From the NCBI RefSeq assembly GCF_004010195.1, contig NC_057719.1, positions 73,692,969 to 73,756,968 of the forward strand: a stretch of 64,000 nt of DNA. The letters run 5' to 3'. Positions within the stretch are counted from its first letter, which is position 1, and each line of letters starts with the position of its first letter. Both the position numbers and the translations under genes were made by a program. Of this stretch, positions 1 to 13,000 are shown in pieces. The stretch comes from Chiloscyllium plagiosum (lineage: Eukaryota). The notes beneath the pieces were generated by a model. It was not told where the DNA came from. It did not search any database and was given only the letters and a program-made list of their open reading frames with translations.

Positions 1-34
1 ACAAAATATCTCTAAACTTTGACTTTTTCCACAG

Positions 35-237
35 GAATACAGTTTAGTGCACGTTGAAATGCCAAAGACACTGGAGGCAGCTGAAGATGTGATCAAGAAA
101 CATGAAGGGTTTGTAACAACCATGGATGCCAACAGGGAGAAAATCATTGGGACAATTAATGAAGGAGAAAAGTTGATTAATGAGGACAATAACTTTAAAG
201 TCAAAGTGGTTGACAAGATCCAAGCTATCAAGGAAAG
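35..237 (+). CDS. SPTB: Beta-spectrin coding exon (first in window; gene begins upstream)
   Basis: ccacag|GAATAC acceptor, AAG|gtaaaa donor (phase 2); EYSLVHVEMPKTLEAAEDVIKKHEGFVTTMDANREKI... spectrin repeat. Confidence 0.93.
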
Positions 238-342
238 GTAAAAATTGAATGTTTAGAATACAAAGCTCATCGAGTGTATGATCAAAAGGCATTGATGACT
301 CTTTAGATTCAGATTCTTAAAGTGATTCTTTTGTTGATCCAG

Positions 343-433
343 GTACCAAGAGAATATGAAACAGGCAAAAGAAGTGGCAGCCCATCTGAAAGACAATCGT
401 GATCTTCAACATTTTCTTCAGAATTGTCAAGAG
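343..433 (+). CDS. SPTB: Beta-spectrin coding exon
   Basis: atccag|G, GAG|gtttgt; (R)YQENMKQAKEVAAHLKDNRDLQHFLQNCQE; 91 nt, phase 2 to 0. Confidence 0.93.
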
Positions 434-550
434 GTTTGTGATAGTAATCTGTTTACTGTAGTAACACTTCATTCTGCACTCATGCATTCAACAATTCAAG
501 TTGCTTTCCAGCAACAACTGTGAATATGTTTTACATTTCCATCATGTATT

Positions 551-895
551 ATAGTCATAGAGATGTACAGCGTGGAAACAGACTCCTCAGTCCAACTCAT
601 CCATGCCGCTAAGCTATCCCAACCTAATCTAGTCCCATTTGTCAGCATTTGGCCCATATCCCTTTAAACCCTTCATATTCATATACCCATCGAGATGTCT
701 TTTAAATGTTGTAATTGTCCCAGACTTCCTTTGGCAGCTCATTCCACACAAGCACCACCCTCTGCATGAAAAAGTTGCCCCTTTTAAATCTTTCCCTCTT
801 CACCCTAAACCTACACCCTTGAGTTCTGGACTCCCCCGCTCCCAGGAAAAGACCCTGTCAACTTACCCTGTCCATGCACCTCATGATTTTATAAA
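551..895 (-). mobile_element. CR1/HER1 LINE 3' fragment
   Basis: agtcatagagatgtacagc tail; same family as 13001-13580 and 36578-36860. Confidence 0.85.
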
Positions 896-1254
896 TTTGG
901 CTGGCACTTTGAGATCTCAGCATTTGAGGACAGATATGACTGCGCCTTTGTTAGGCAATAGTTTTTTTTTAACTGTAGACAGGCTTCTCATTTTGGCACC
1001 ACCTCCGTATGCCATATTTTACGTAAATGTGGGAGAGTGGCCGGTGGATTTGCAGCCACAAAGTTCAGGCCCATCTGTGATTTATACCCATAACTCATGC
1101 AGGGAAGTATGGAGGTAAATAATCGATGATTAATTTTCTGATGAGCCCAAAGCCCTCTCAAACAGGAATGGAAAATGCTGAAAATACTCAGCAGGGTGAG
1201 CAATATCTGTGGGGGAGAAAAAGAATGATTTACTTTGGTTTGAATTATGACTGC

Positions 1255-1690
1255 CACCTGTACGCAGTGCAGTGAAAAGTGTTGTCTTATGTGTTTTGTA
1301 TACAGTTCATACTATGCATCAGGGTAACAGAACAGCATGCAGGATAGAGTGTTACAGCTGCTGAAAAGGTGCAGAGAGAGATCAAAATGAACATTGTCCA
1401 TTCAAATGGCTGATAACAGTGGGGAAGAAGCTGTTCTTGAATCTGATCATACCTGTATTCAAACTTTTATATCTTCAGCCCAATGGAAGAGAGTATAACC
1501 AGCATGGGAGGGGGCCTTTGATGATGTTGGTTGCTTTCCCGAGGCAGTGGGAAGTATAGACAGAGTCAATGGACGGAAGGCTGGTTTGAGTGATGGATTG
1601 GGCTGAGTTCATAATTCTCTGTACTTATTTCCGGTCCTGGATAGAGCAGTTGCCATATCACACTGTAATGCATCCAGATAAGATGCTTGT
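1255..1690 (-). mobile_element. Rex/Babar-type LINE 3' fragment
   Basis: Reverse complement matches 38814-39220 (GRRYKS...RFKNSFFP-like end). Confidence 0.7.
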
Positions 1691-2025
1691 TAGAAAAAAA
1701 TAACATTTTTGTTAGTGTACCTCCCATTAGAATTGGAACCTTTCATCAAACCTTGCTAAAATTCTGAGGGAGAGGAAAACATTCTATTATCCCTTGACTT
1801 CTCTGAAGCGCTGTTGAATATCGATATCACAAATTAAGTAAAGCAACCTGCCCATTTACCATCTGTGGCAGTGTGTTTTATCTGTGTGTATGAGACCACA
1901 GCATATTCACTGAAAATGTGTTTCACCAGTTATGGTTAGTTAGATTGAGTTTGGAATCCTGCCTTCTGATGTACTGGAGTGTTCCTTCATCTGGAAATTT
2001 TTCACTGCCCGTTTTCTGTTTCCAG

Positions 2026-2172
2026 CTTATTTTCTGGATCAATGAGAAGATGCTAACCGCCCAGGACACCTCTTACGATGAGGCTCGCAACCTGCACACC
2101 AAATGGCAGAAGCACCAAGCGTTTATGGCTGAGTTGGCATCCAACAAAGACTGGCTGGACAAAGTTGAAAAG
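2026..2172 (+). CDS. SPTB: Beta-spectrin coding exon
   Basis: ttccag|CTT, AAG|gtgaca; [49 protein letters not shown]. Confidence 0.95.
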
Positions 2173-3863
2173 GTGACACACAGCTCAGGAATGATTATTC
2201 AGGGCTTTTGAAAATTCCGTCTAACTCATCTCCCTTCCCTGCATTTTCATTTTTTTTTTTGGCAATAGTTATTTATTCTGTCAGGATGTGTGACATCTTC
2301 CACTTTTTAAAGTGATTTTTGAAAAAGCGTTTTCCAACATGCAAGCCCGATTCATGCAGGGGAGCAATGGATGCAGAAAACAAAAGCCATAATCCTTAAA
2401 CACAATTTAAGGAATTATAATCTGGATTTTTTTGTGTTTTCAGCGCAATCTGGGTGCAAAATGGCATTCCAAATTTTGTTCCATCTGAAAGCAATTTTTT
2501 TTTTGGTCAAATTTCTGGTCCAACTGCACATCACTGAATGTAGAATACAACAGTGGAGGTGCAAAGTGACATGGGAATTCATGTGCATATTAAAATATCA
2601 TGAACAGGTATGGAAATTAATGCTTAGTTTTATATTGAAGGACTTGCATACAAGGGAGCAGAAATCAAACTTTGCAATTGCACAAACCTTGGTTAAACCA
2701 GACCTGGATTGAGTGTGTGAGCTACTCCCTTAGAATGAGCATGTCATTTACTCATGGCAAGAACCTGTGTGTTGCACTCCTTTAATGTCGGAAGGTTCTA
2801 GCTGATCAGGAAATGCATCAGAAAGATTAACAGATTGATAGTAAGACTGTTTGATCGCGTTATGACACCTTCCATGCCATCCAAGTCCTGAAATGGATTT
2901 TGAACTCAGAGCTTGTTGCCCAGAGGTAGAGACCACATATGTGGTTTACCACATTTGGGCACCAGACCTTTTGGAAGGATGTGCTGTCTTTGGTGGAAGT
3001 GCACATGGATTCTGCATGGACTCTACTTGAAGTCTGAGGATTATTTTTTGAGGTGAAATTACACAAACTAGGATTGTATTCGCTGGAGTTAAAGGATAAT
3101 GAGATCCAAATTGTCAAGATATGAATGGGAAAAGATGAGTAGATAGAGTGAAACCATTTCTGCTGATTGTGATATACAGTATAACTATGAGAGCCAGAAC
3201 ATTCAGATGAAAAATATGGGAAACCCTTTGATGCAAACAGAGGGAAGGAAGTCTGGGATTCTTTTCTGCATGATACTGGGTGAAAGTTTTAAATTTGAGG
3301 TTAATAGATAACTGGTATTCAAAAATATTAAGGGACATGAAGCAAAAGCAGATAAATGCAATTGGTTTCAGATTAACCATGATTTCTGTAGCTCAGTTGC
3401 TTATACTTGTTCCCATCTCCAGGACAATCAGGTACTGTTTCAGATTTTTGTTATCATGCATTTTGAGAAATACATTGAAAGATTTACTGATAAATTGGTG
3501 TCATTTTACTTGAAAATAGTCTAATCGCAAAAAGGTAGGTGTTTTTAGTCAATCATCTGTGAGTATACTAATGTTACATTACTGCAAATGGCAGTAAAAG
3601 TGACACAGAACAATTTATGTCTTACATTGACAGTAATCAGTTTCTTGGTAAATTAGAAGGAAGCTTTTAGAAGATATTTAGGAGGTTGTATACTACTCTT
3701 GTGATGTATAAAGAAGTGTAATTCTGAAGGCTTTTTCAAAGGCTCACAGATGGCACAATAAAAGGAAACTTGCCAGGGAGACTGATTTGACATGGAAGTG
3801 GGTCAGGCTTCTAATACAGTATGTGGAATGATATCCAGCCCCATCGTAATGGGCACCATGATA

Positions 3864-4073
3864 GTTAGATTACTTACAGTGTGGAAACAGGCCCTTCAGT
3901 CCAACAAGTCCACAACGACCCTCCGAAGAGCAACCCACCCAGACCAATTCCCCTACACTTACCCCTTCACCTAACACTATGGGCAATTTAGCATGGCCAA
4001 TTCACCTAACTTGCACACATTTTTGGGAGGGAACCAGAGCGAACCCACGCGGGCACGGGGTGAATGTGCAAAC

Positions 4074-4113
<40 letters not shown>

Positions 4114-4192
4114 GTTGCCTGAGGCGGGAGGTGAACCCAGGCCTCCGGTGCTGTGAGGCAGCAGTGCTAACCACTGTGCCACTGTGCCGCCC
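3864..4192 (-). mobile_element. HE1-type tRNA-derived V-SINE with internal (CA)n expansion
   Basis: Reverse complement begins gggcggcacagtggcacagtggttagcactgctgcctcacagc; tail shared with CR1; (CA)n at about 4077-4111. Confidence 0.9.
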
Positions 4193-4479
4193 AAGTTGGC
4201 CTACTTAACACCACAACCTTGTCCTTTGCCTCTGATGCCTCTTCTCCCCTTAGTTCCCACAACTCCCATCATGTAATCTTCACATCACTGTCACCAACCT
4301 GAGGTACTGCAGTGATGCTCACCACAACACTGACATCTACTGGACAATTGAACAATTGTTCAGGTGGGGCCTCTTCACAAAAACAGGGCAAATCTTACCT
4401 GGCTCATCAGTCTACCAATCATCATCAGGAAGTGATACAAAATGTCAGTAACCGTCCTATTAAGTGCCAGTAGCTCAAC

Positions 4480-5138
4480 AATAACCGCCTCATGGACACT
4501 CAGTTTGGGTTCTGCTAAACCCTCTCCCCTCATGGATAAAAGAGTTAAACTCAAGGGGAACTGAAGGTAACTGCCCTTGGTTTCTGAGTGTTGCTGTAAG
4601 GAACCCTAGGCAAACTGGAGTCAATATGAATTGGAGAAACTCTTTGCCAGTTGGAATCATACCTGATGCAGAGGAAGATGATCATGGTTGTTCATGGTTA
4701 ATAGTCTCAGCCACAGAATATCATTGCAGGAGTTCCTCAGCGTAATTTTCTAGGCCCAACCATCTTCGACTGCTTCTTCAATTACTTTCCTTCCATCATA
4801 AGGTCAGAAGTGGGGATGTTTGCTGATGATTGCACAGTGTTCAGCATCGCTCATTACTCCTCAGATACTAAAGCAGTCCATGTCCAAATGCAACAAACCT
4901 GGACAAATCCAGGTTTGAGCTGATTCGTAGCAAATAATGCAAGTGCCAGGCAATGACCATCTCCAAAATAGAGGGAATCTGGCAATCACCCATTGCTTTC
5001 AATGCCATTAGGATCACCGAATGGCTGACTGAATGCAATAATTCAAGAAGAGAGCTAACCACACCAAGATCAGTGGATATATTTAATAAATGCTGGCCTA
5101 GCCAGCGATGGCAAAATCTCCTGAATGAATAAAAAAAA
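4480..5138 (+). mobile_element. Decayed CR1/L2-group LINE (RT core fused to 3' tail)
   Basis: GVPQ..LGPTIF..F....PSIIRSEVGMFADD at about 4728-4830; tail aataaatgctggcctagccagcgatg...tgaatgaataaaaaaaa. Confidence 0.8.
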
Positions 5139-5409
5139 TTATCACCAGTCTTTGTGATGCTGATAGCCATCAGCCTCCAATTGACAGGCAGCTATCAGTA
5201 AGTAGCAGGTCCCCCCCTCCCCCCCCTGTGTTCCTCAAATTAAGAGAAGACCTACTGGTGGCTACTGAAATGCTTGAAGGGCAATTAGTTTCAATGACTG
5301 TCCCCTTTGGAGCTGATGGGTATTCTCACTATTGCTCTAGCCAGTGGACAAGACTTCAGTCAGATCCAAGAAATCCTGCCCAAATAGTGCAAAAGGTAGT
5401 GGAAACCCA

Positions 5410-5703
5410 GGGCGGCACGGTGGCTCAGTCGTTAGCACTGCTGCCTCACAGCACAATTCCAGCCTTGGGTGACTCTGTGGAGTTTGCACATTCTCCCCGT
5501 GTCTGCGTGGGTTTCCTCTTGGTGCTCCGGTTTCCTTCCACAGTCCAAAAATGTGTGGGTTAGGTGAATTGGCCATGCTAAATTGCCCATAATGTTAGGT
5601 GCATTAGTCAGAGAGAAATGGGTCTGGGTTGGTTACTTTTCGGAGGGTCGGTGTGGACTTTTTGGGCCGAAGGACCTGTTTCCACACTGGGGGATCTAAT
5701 CTA
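5410..5703 (+). mobile_element. HE1-type V-SINE
   Basis: gggcggcacggtggctcagt head, gtggagtttgcacattctccccgtgtctgcgtgggtttcc core, atctaatcta tail. Confidence 0.9.
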
Positions 5704-7515
5704 ATTAGTACTAGCTGTAATTTGAGTTGGTTGGCTAAACGTTGTGATCCAGTGGCATCTTCGATCCTCCGTCTTAATACATTCTTAAACTCACAACTTA
5801 CATTTTGGATTTAACATAAAATATTTAAGGAAATTTTATTCATCATTTCACTCATAATTGCAATGGAAAATAGTGAGACCTGTATGAGATCTTAAGAGAT
5901 GTGAAGAATTTAAACTGCAGCTTAAAGAGACAAGATAGTACGACAATGAGAGGTAAATCAATAGTTTAAACTTGAATTGCTGAGTCAATTTGTATTGTTA
6001 CATAGGTGATCTAATTTCACAACTGGCTTAGTATTGGTGTTAATAAATTTATAAATATGAAGTATGGCTTTGCAGTGGAGCAACAGAATACAATTGTCAG
6101 GGTTACAAACTGAATGTCAAGTCAATGTTTTTATAATGATTCTCTAAGCCATGTGACCATTGTTTGAGGATTCCTGTGTACTATCTGTCATGAAACTGAG
6201 AAACTTCTAATTGAAGAGAGTTTGATGTGTTGCAAAATATGCATCCCTCACAACTCCGTGCTACTCGTGTGAGATTCACAGCTCAGTCATCAAAATCTTG
6301 TGGTCAGTCTGCCATATGTTTGCATTAACATGAAGTAGACAGCCAGAGAGGTGCACATAGGATGTTTGAGATCTTTGGACCCAGGCAGCTATAGTGCAAC
6401 TACTAATACTCGAATGATTGAAGTCAGGAATGGTCAAGTCAACAGAATTTGTCAGGCACTGACATCTCAGAGGACCACAGAGCAGAGGAGATGATACTGC
6501 TGGGAAGGGAGGAGCTCATGTAGAGATTTGAAAACAAGATTGTTAGTTTTTAAAATCAAGGCCTTTTTTGATTAGGAACTAATGTAGGTCAATGAGCTCC
6601 AAGGTAATAGGTCATTAAGGCTTGATGGATACTAAAACATAGCAGCAGAGATTTAGATGATCTCAGAATTACAGAAAATTGAATGTGAGAGAGCAGACAG
6701 TCACATTTTGAGATAATGAAAGCATGAATGAAGGTTGCAGCAGCATATGAGCTGGGAGTGGGTGAAGTTGGAAACATAGGGAATAGGGGCAGAAGTAGAT
6801 CATTTGGTTCTTCACGCCTGCTCCAACATTCAGTAATCATGGCTGATTAACCAACTCAGTACTCTGTTCTTGCTTTTCCTCATCTCAGTCCTAAATGACT
6901 AACCCTGTATCCTTAGATTGTGACTCATGGTTCTGGACTCCATAGGTCATTGGTAACATGCATCCTGAGTTTACCCTGTCTAGTCCTGTTAGATGTTTCT
7001 GTGAGAGCCTTACCCATTCTTCCACATAGTTAGGGCAAGGTTACAGTGATGGAAAAGCCATCCTTAGGTATGAGATCAGAAGATCAGTTTGGGTAAAATG
7101 TGACATCAAGGTTGGCACCATCTTGGACTGTTAGCTGGGGGAGGAATTTGGAGCAGTGACTAATCCTGTGTTTTCAGACTATGTTGCCAAGAGACATCAC
7201 AGGGACCAAAATAGATCCTTTGGGACACCTGAGGTAATAACAACACAGGAATAGAAGCCATGGCTAATGATTAGTTTAAAGTTTGTTGTAAATAGATGTC
7301 ATTGTAAAAATGAGATAGCTTCATTTCAATAATCTGGAAATCATCAAAGTGAGCATGTAATTTATTGTTTTGTTGTTTGTGAGAATCATTTTGGCTGGCA
7401 CTTTTGAAGCTTGAAGATCAGAGTTCAATTTTTTAACAACAAGTGATTGCTGCTGGTGTCTTAAGTTATGGGGAATAATGTCCACTTTTATCTCACGATC
7501 TTTCCCTTGCATCAG

Positions 7516-7779
7516 GAAGGAAAGAAGCTGATGGAGGAGAAACCCGAGTTTAAACCACAGATCTTGGACAAACTGCAAGAATTGACTGATCTGTGGAATG
7601 TGTTGGATGTCACCACTGAGAGTAAGGCAAAGCGCCTTTTCGATGCAAATCGGTCGGAACTGTTTGCACAGACCCGTGATGACCTAAACAAGTGGTTGAC
7701 TGAGGTAGAGTTACAGCTGCATTCGGATGACTTTGGAAAGGACCTGACCAGTGTCAATATTCTGCTGAAAAAGCTACAG
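7516..7779 (+). CDS. SPTB: Beta-spectrin coding exon
   Basis: catcag|GAA, CAG|gtaatg; EGKKLMEEKPE...LFDANRSELF...HSDDFGKDLTSVNILLKKLQ. Confidence 0.95.
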
Positions 7780-7865
7780 GTAATGATAGTTCTTTCTCCA
7801 CAGATGCTTTCACCATTTCTTATTTTCATTTGCATTATTGAGGATGCTCAACTGGACGGTTTGTA

Positions 7866-8025
7866 AATAGAGTCATAAAGTCAGAGAGACAGACAGCATG
7901 CAGACAGACACTATGGTCCAACCAGTCCGTGCTGACCATTATCCCAAACTAAACTAGCCCCACCTGCCTGCAGTTGGCTCATATCCCTCCAAACCTTTTC
8001 TATTCATGTACTTATCCAAATGTCT
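7866..8025 (-). mobile_element. CR1/HER1 3' fragment
   Basis: atagagtcata...ccacctgcctgc...atatccctccaaacc. Confidence 0.75.
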
Positions 8026-8039
8026 GTTGATGAAATTGA

Positions 8040-8372
8040 TGTGGAGGTGCAGGTGTTGGACCCGAGTGGACGGAGTGTAAAATGGCATAACACTAGGAGA
8101 GAGTCCAACAGGTTTAGAAAAATAAAATATTTTGCCATTTTACTAAATGGCTAAATCTAACATATGTACTTTTGATCCACGGCTGCTCATTCCGGTTTTG
8201 AATTTTGATTTTAGATCTAATCTAATCTAGGTTAACTTGAAAGTGCAAACTTTTGGAGCGATGCTCCTTCATCAGGTAGCTAGTGGGACAGGATCATAGG
8301 ACACAGAATTTCTAGTAAAAAAAATCAAAGTATCATACAACTGATGCACTGTATTGAACAAACTTAGATTGA
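8040..8372 (-). mobile_element. Penelope-like 3' end (family B) with TSD, interrupted at 8114-8229
   Basis: Same family as 42810-43005 and 44010-44260; atgaaattga repeated at 8030-8039 and 8373-8382; minus strand ctgatgaaggagcatcgctccaaaa. Confidence 0.7.
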
Positions 8373-9267
8373 ATGAAATTGACAACAAAGTGCAGGTCAT
8401 CAGTAGAATACACATGAAAATCTGGAACAGCAACAGGTATTTGGCACATTAAAATATTTTGTATCACCCTGAATGAATAAAGTTAGTATCACCTTTTTGA
8501 TGTTTAGGGATTTTCTTCAAATCTAGACATATTCTACAAAATTCAAAACCGGAATGAGCAGCCGTGGATCAAAAGTACATATGTTAGATTTAGCCATTTA
8601 GTAAAATGGCAAAATATTTTATTTTTCTAAGCATTGTTATGGCCAAGGTTGGAGGAGGGCACCAACATTTAGTCCCACTGCTCTGTGGATCACAGCATAA
8701 AATGAAAATATTTCTTCCCAGTTGCCAAGATGAGCAATTGAATAACTTATCTATATCAGGTTTTAAATGAGGCTTCTTAATAAACAGGATTATTGGTTCA
8801 ATATCAAAACAAAAGCTATATAAAATAAAGCTGTAATAGTTGGTAAATGTACACAGTCAGTGATTTGGAAGTATAAATGGTTACCCCTGTAGATATTCCA
8901 ATCATTTGCATGTACACAAACATATACACATAGACTATTCAGGAAAAGAGGGAAGAAAAACCAAATGTTTTTGCAGAGATTGGCTTTCTGAACAAAAATG
9001 CATTTTGGTCAATGGGTTATCCTTGAAGGCAATAGAATAAAGTGCTGGAGCCTGATGTTCTGGCACATATATGGTCTAGTCGCTAAGCATTCATGGTCTT
9101 TGAAGTCTTGCAGACATAGCCTTCTCAGAAAGTAAAATCTTGAGGTGTTCTTTCAATCATTCTTTCACCCTGAACTGATACGCAGAGTTTTCTTTTCAGA
9201 AATGAGAGAGGTCAGCTTGGCATCTTGTTCATAGCAAGATTTCCTCCAAGAATTGGTCTGGTGGATT

Positions 9268-10095
9268 ACATATTTGACATTTCCATCCTGAGAAAGAGTC
9301 TCTGACTATTCACCATATCCATGCTCATAATCTTACACACTTCTTTCAAATTACCCCTCAACCACCAACGCTCTCGCAAAAGCAATCCAAGTTTGTCCAA
9401 CCCCTCCTTATAGCAAATACACTCCAATCCAGGCAGCATCCTGGTAAACCTCTCCTGAAGCCTCTCCAAAGCCTCCAGATCCTTCCCCTTGTGCAGAGAC
9501 CAGAAATGCACGTAGTACTCCAAATGTGGCCTGACCAAAGCCATATACTGTTGCAGGATGACTTGCCAACTTTTATACTCAGTGTCCTGATGGATGAAGG
9601 CAAGCATGCCATACATCACCTTTACCACCTTATCCATCTGTGTTGCCACTTTGGGAGAGCTATGGACTTGGACCCCAAGCAATAGTCCTAAGGGTTCTGC
9701 CATTTACTGTATACTTTCCTCTTGCATTTGACCTCTCAACATGCATTACCTCACACTTGTCTGGATTAAACTCCATCTGTTATTTCTCTGCCCAAATTTC
9801 TAACTGATCTATCTCCTGATATCCTTTGATTTCCATCCTTGCTATCCACAACTCCACCCATTTTCACATCATCTGCAAAATTACGAAACAGGCAACCAAC
9901 ATTTTCACACAAATCTTTATATTACTTACAAAAAACAGAGGTCCCTACACTGATCCTGTGGGACTCACTGGTCGTAGACCTCCAGTCAGAAAAACAACCC
10001 TCCCCCCCACCACAACTAGCCTCTGTCTTCTGGAGCCAAACCAAGTTTGTATCCAATTTGCCAACTCACCATAAATTCCATGCAATTACCTTTTC
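9268..10095 (-). mobile_element. CR1 LINE ORF2 fragment
   Basis: ORF 9266-9703: LVRPHLEYYVHFWS...LERLQERFTRMLPGL...LRGNLKEVCKIM. Confidence 0.92.
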
Positions 10096-11829
10096 TTAAT
10101 GGAACCCCTTCAGTCAGATATGACCATAAAACTTGAAATAAATTCTATTTTCCACAATCCTTCAAAGTTTAAATCCTCCAAGCATGTCTTTGCAAAAGCA
10201 TGCATTTGGTGTCTGCCAAAATACAAAACTTTAGCAGATAACTCAAATCTAAATTCCTTGCCATTGATAGAAGCAGTGCATTGGTCAGCTTGTTTTAAGA
10301 GCTGTGGTGCCCTGATCAATCTCCAGAGTGTTGCCCAAAATTAATATCAAATTTGCTACTAAGTCATTCTGTACCATAGGTGGGGCAACAAATAAAAATT
10401 ATGTGAAGGTTATTCATTTTTCTAACCTTATGTTCCTGAAGGTGCAAACACACATCCTGAAGAAGTAACTTTTCTCCACAAGCAAGAAAAAAAGGTTGAA
10501 GTCTTTCTAAACTTTTAAGATAGAGTTTCCACTTTGGATGCAATTGGCTTTCGTATAATGTTTCATTTTTCAAAATTCTACTTATTTGTGTATCACTGGG
10601 TGCAAACTTTTACCATGACCCAGTGCAATCAGTCAGCATCTTAAAATGTGATTTTTATTCAGAAAAATAAATTATTTTTAAAATTATTCCCTGACATATT
10701 TAGAACTAGTAGTTTTGATAAAGTTCAATTGACCAACTGAAATGAGGTTTATCACAAAAAAAAACTTTTAAAATCAGTGTCACTTAAGGTTGTAAGTTTG
10801 CTTGCTGAGCTGGAACGTTTGTTTTCAGATGTTTTGTCACCAATCTTTGTCTCCAAAATCACAAACACCTGTGGGTCCCATATGCTAAAACTAACCTGAA
10901 GATGGGAAACCAATGCCATCTGACTGAGGGTCACCACAAACAATTGTACTTCCTGCATGAGTGCCTCAGGAATTAGGTACTACCAAAATGGTGACCAAAA
11001 TGGTCTGAAAACAAACCTTCCAGCTCAGCGAGCAAACCTACAACATGAACCCCAACCTGAGGTGCATATCTAAAATCGCAAAGTGTCACTTAAGAAAATG
11101 CATTGCTTTCAATACAAAATTGTCTCCTCGCTTGCCTGATGAACAGTACCGAATTCTTCAGAAAGAAATTCAACTTGTACCTACTCATGTTCTTGAAAAC
11201 ACAATCTCCAGCTGAATTTGTAACACTTTTTGCTGGTGTGAAAACATGCACAATCCCAGAAGCCATGACTAATTTTGGAGTGTCCGCATTGAATGTTTCG
11301 ATGATAGCGTGAGAGTTTGCAGAAACACAAACTTTCCTGAAGTCAACTTATACCTAAAATTCCATGATGTTCTGCACCATATGCCAATATGATGGGAATT
11401 ACCGGGGTAATTGAAAGGAAAGATCAGCCCTTTTTGTGGTTTTACTGGTCACACGGAGCTAATGGTGAGTATTAATTTGTTTTTTATATTATTATTCTGG
11501 AGACTACATGACACATATGTAAGGGTGAGAAGTATTTGGTCAGTTTGTGGTAAATCTCAGTCACACCTGCAGGTTCAGAATGATCAGGTGATTAAAAAAG
11601 ATTCTTGGCTGTGTTGATTTATGCCAATTTATGGTGTAAACTACCAAGTGATTTAATATCTTGTAATTTCTTAGTGCTACATTCAGAGAAGGAACATAGG
11701 AAGAGCAGTAGAAAATTCAGAATCTGAATAGTCTGGCAGTGCACACTGAGTAAGGGAACCCAGGCATAAAATAGAGCAAGAAGATATGGCAGCCTGGAGA
11801 CAATGTTAAGTTATAAGAAACAAAAAGTG

Positions 11830-12492
11830 GTTGTATATAGTGAGGCTCACCCGTAGGTCAGTCCTAAGGCTGCTGCTTTTCTTAATCTATGTTAATGATT
11901 TAAACTTGAGTGTACCTGGCGGCAGTTTGAAATTTGCAAAACTTCGAAATATAGTGAACAGCATGAAAGGTAATGGTAGACTGCAAGAGGGCATTTTCAA
12001 GCTGGTGGGATAAGTGGACAAGTGATTGATGTGATTTAATACAAAGAACTGTGAAGTGATAAATTTTGGTAACAAAATGTGGGGAGACACAAAGTGTACA
12101 GTTCTAAAGGATGTGCAAGAACAGAGACATTTGAGATTAGTCATTCAAGGCAACAGGGCAGATTGAGAAAGCCGGTAGTGAAGTATTGAGAACTATGGGG
12201 TTTATAAGTAAGGGTATAGAGTACAAAAGCAAGGAAGTTCTGATAAATCTAAATTCTGGCTTCCTCCCATTTGGAAGGATGCAAAAGCTTCAGAGAAAGT
12301 GCAGAATAAACTTAAAAGAATGGTTCCCAGAGGTATGCGGTATAGTTACAACATTTAAAGACATTTGGTTAAGTATATGATTAGGGAAGGTTTGGAGGGA
12401 TATAGGCCAAGCGCAGGCAGGTGGGACTAGTTTAGTTTGGAATTTTGATCAGCATGGACTGGTTGGACTGAAGGGTCTGATAACACTATGAC
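11830..12492 (+). mobile_element. Decayed CR1 LINE (RT to 3' end)
   Basis: LLFLIYVNDL...KFA, GFISKGIEYKSKEV, CR1 3' UTR. Confidence 0.8.
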
Positions 12493-12658
12493 TTGAAGTT
12501 TTTAGTTATATAGTCTGATTGGGAAGAATGGACAGACCAGTTAAATTGCTTTGGCGCAGAGCTGGTGTATGTACATTCAGCTGAGCAGCCTTATTCTCCA
12601 TTGTTTCCTGTCGATGATCCTATGAGTCCACGTGTTCTGACCTTGGTCATGAGTATCC

Positions 12659-12818
12659 CTAAATTGCCCATACTGTTCAGGAATGTGTAGGTTAGGTGCA
12701 TTAGTCAGGGGTAATGTAGAGTGATATGGGATGGGTCTGGATGGTATGCTGTTCGAAAGGTTGGTATGGACTTGCTGGGCTGAAGGGCCTGTTTCCACAC
12801 TGTAGGGATTCTATGATT
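12659..12818 (+). mobile_element. 5'-truncated HE1-type SINE
   Basis: aaattgcccata...gaagggcctgtttccacactgtagggattctatgattc. Confidence 0.8.
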
Positions 12819-13000
12819 CAAGTGATTTATCAAAGGACTGCTGAAAGTCCAAATTTCTACAGCAATATCTTGTGTACTCTGAGTTCCTCCTTCAAAAATT
12901 CAAGAAGATTGGCCAAGTATGAACTTTATTTTTTGAAGCCTTCATTTCAATCTTTGCAGTTTACCTTTGGGTAAAGTTTTCATTATATTTCCTACCACTG

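Noticed and set aside
4077..4111. (CA)n tract; also (GA)n near 37525
   Set aside because: Ordinary microsatellites; no CRISPR-like repeat-spacer structure anywhere in the window.
5410..5470. tRNA-like A/B boxes
   Set aside because: SINE heads, not tRNA genes; same for the other HE1 copies.
8636..10330. Possible solo LTR (TGTTA start) split by the CR1 at 9268; similar-looking tracts near 20760-21800, 41800-42420 and 44880-45400
   Set aside because: Could not define termini, TSDs or any gag/pol sequence by eye.
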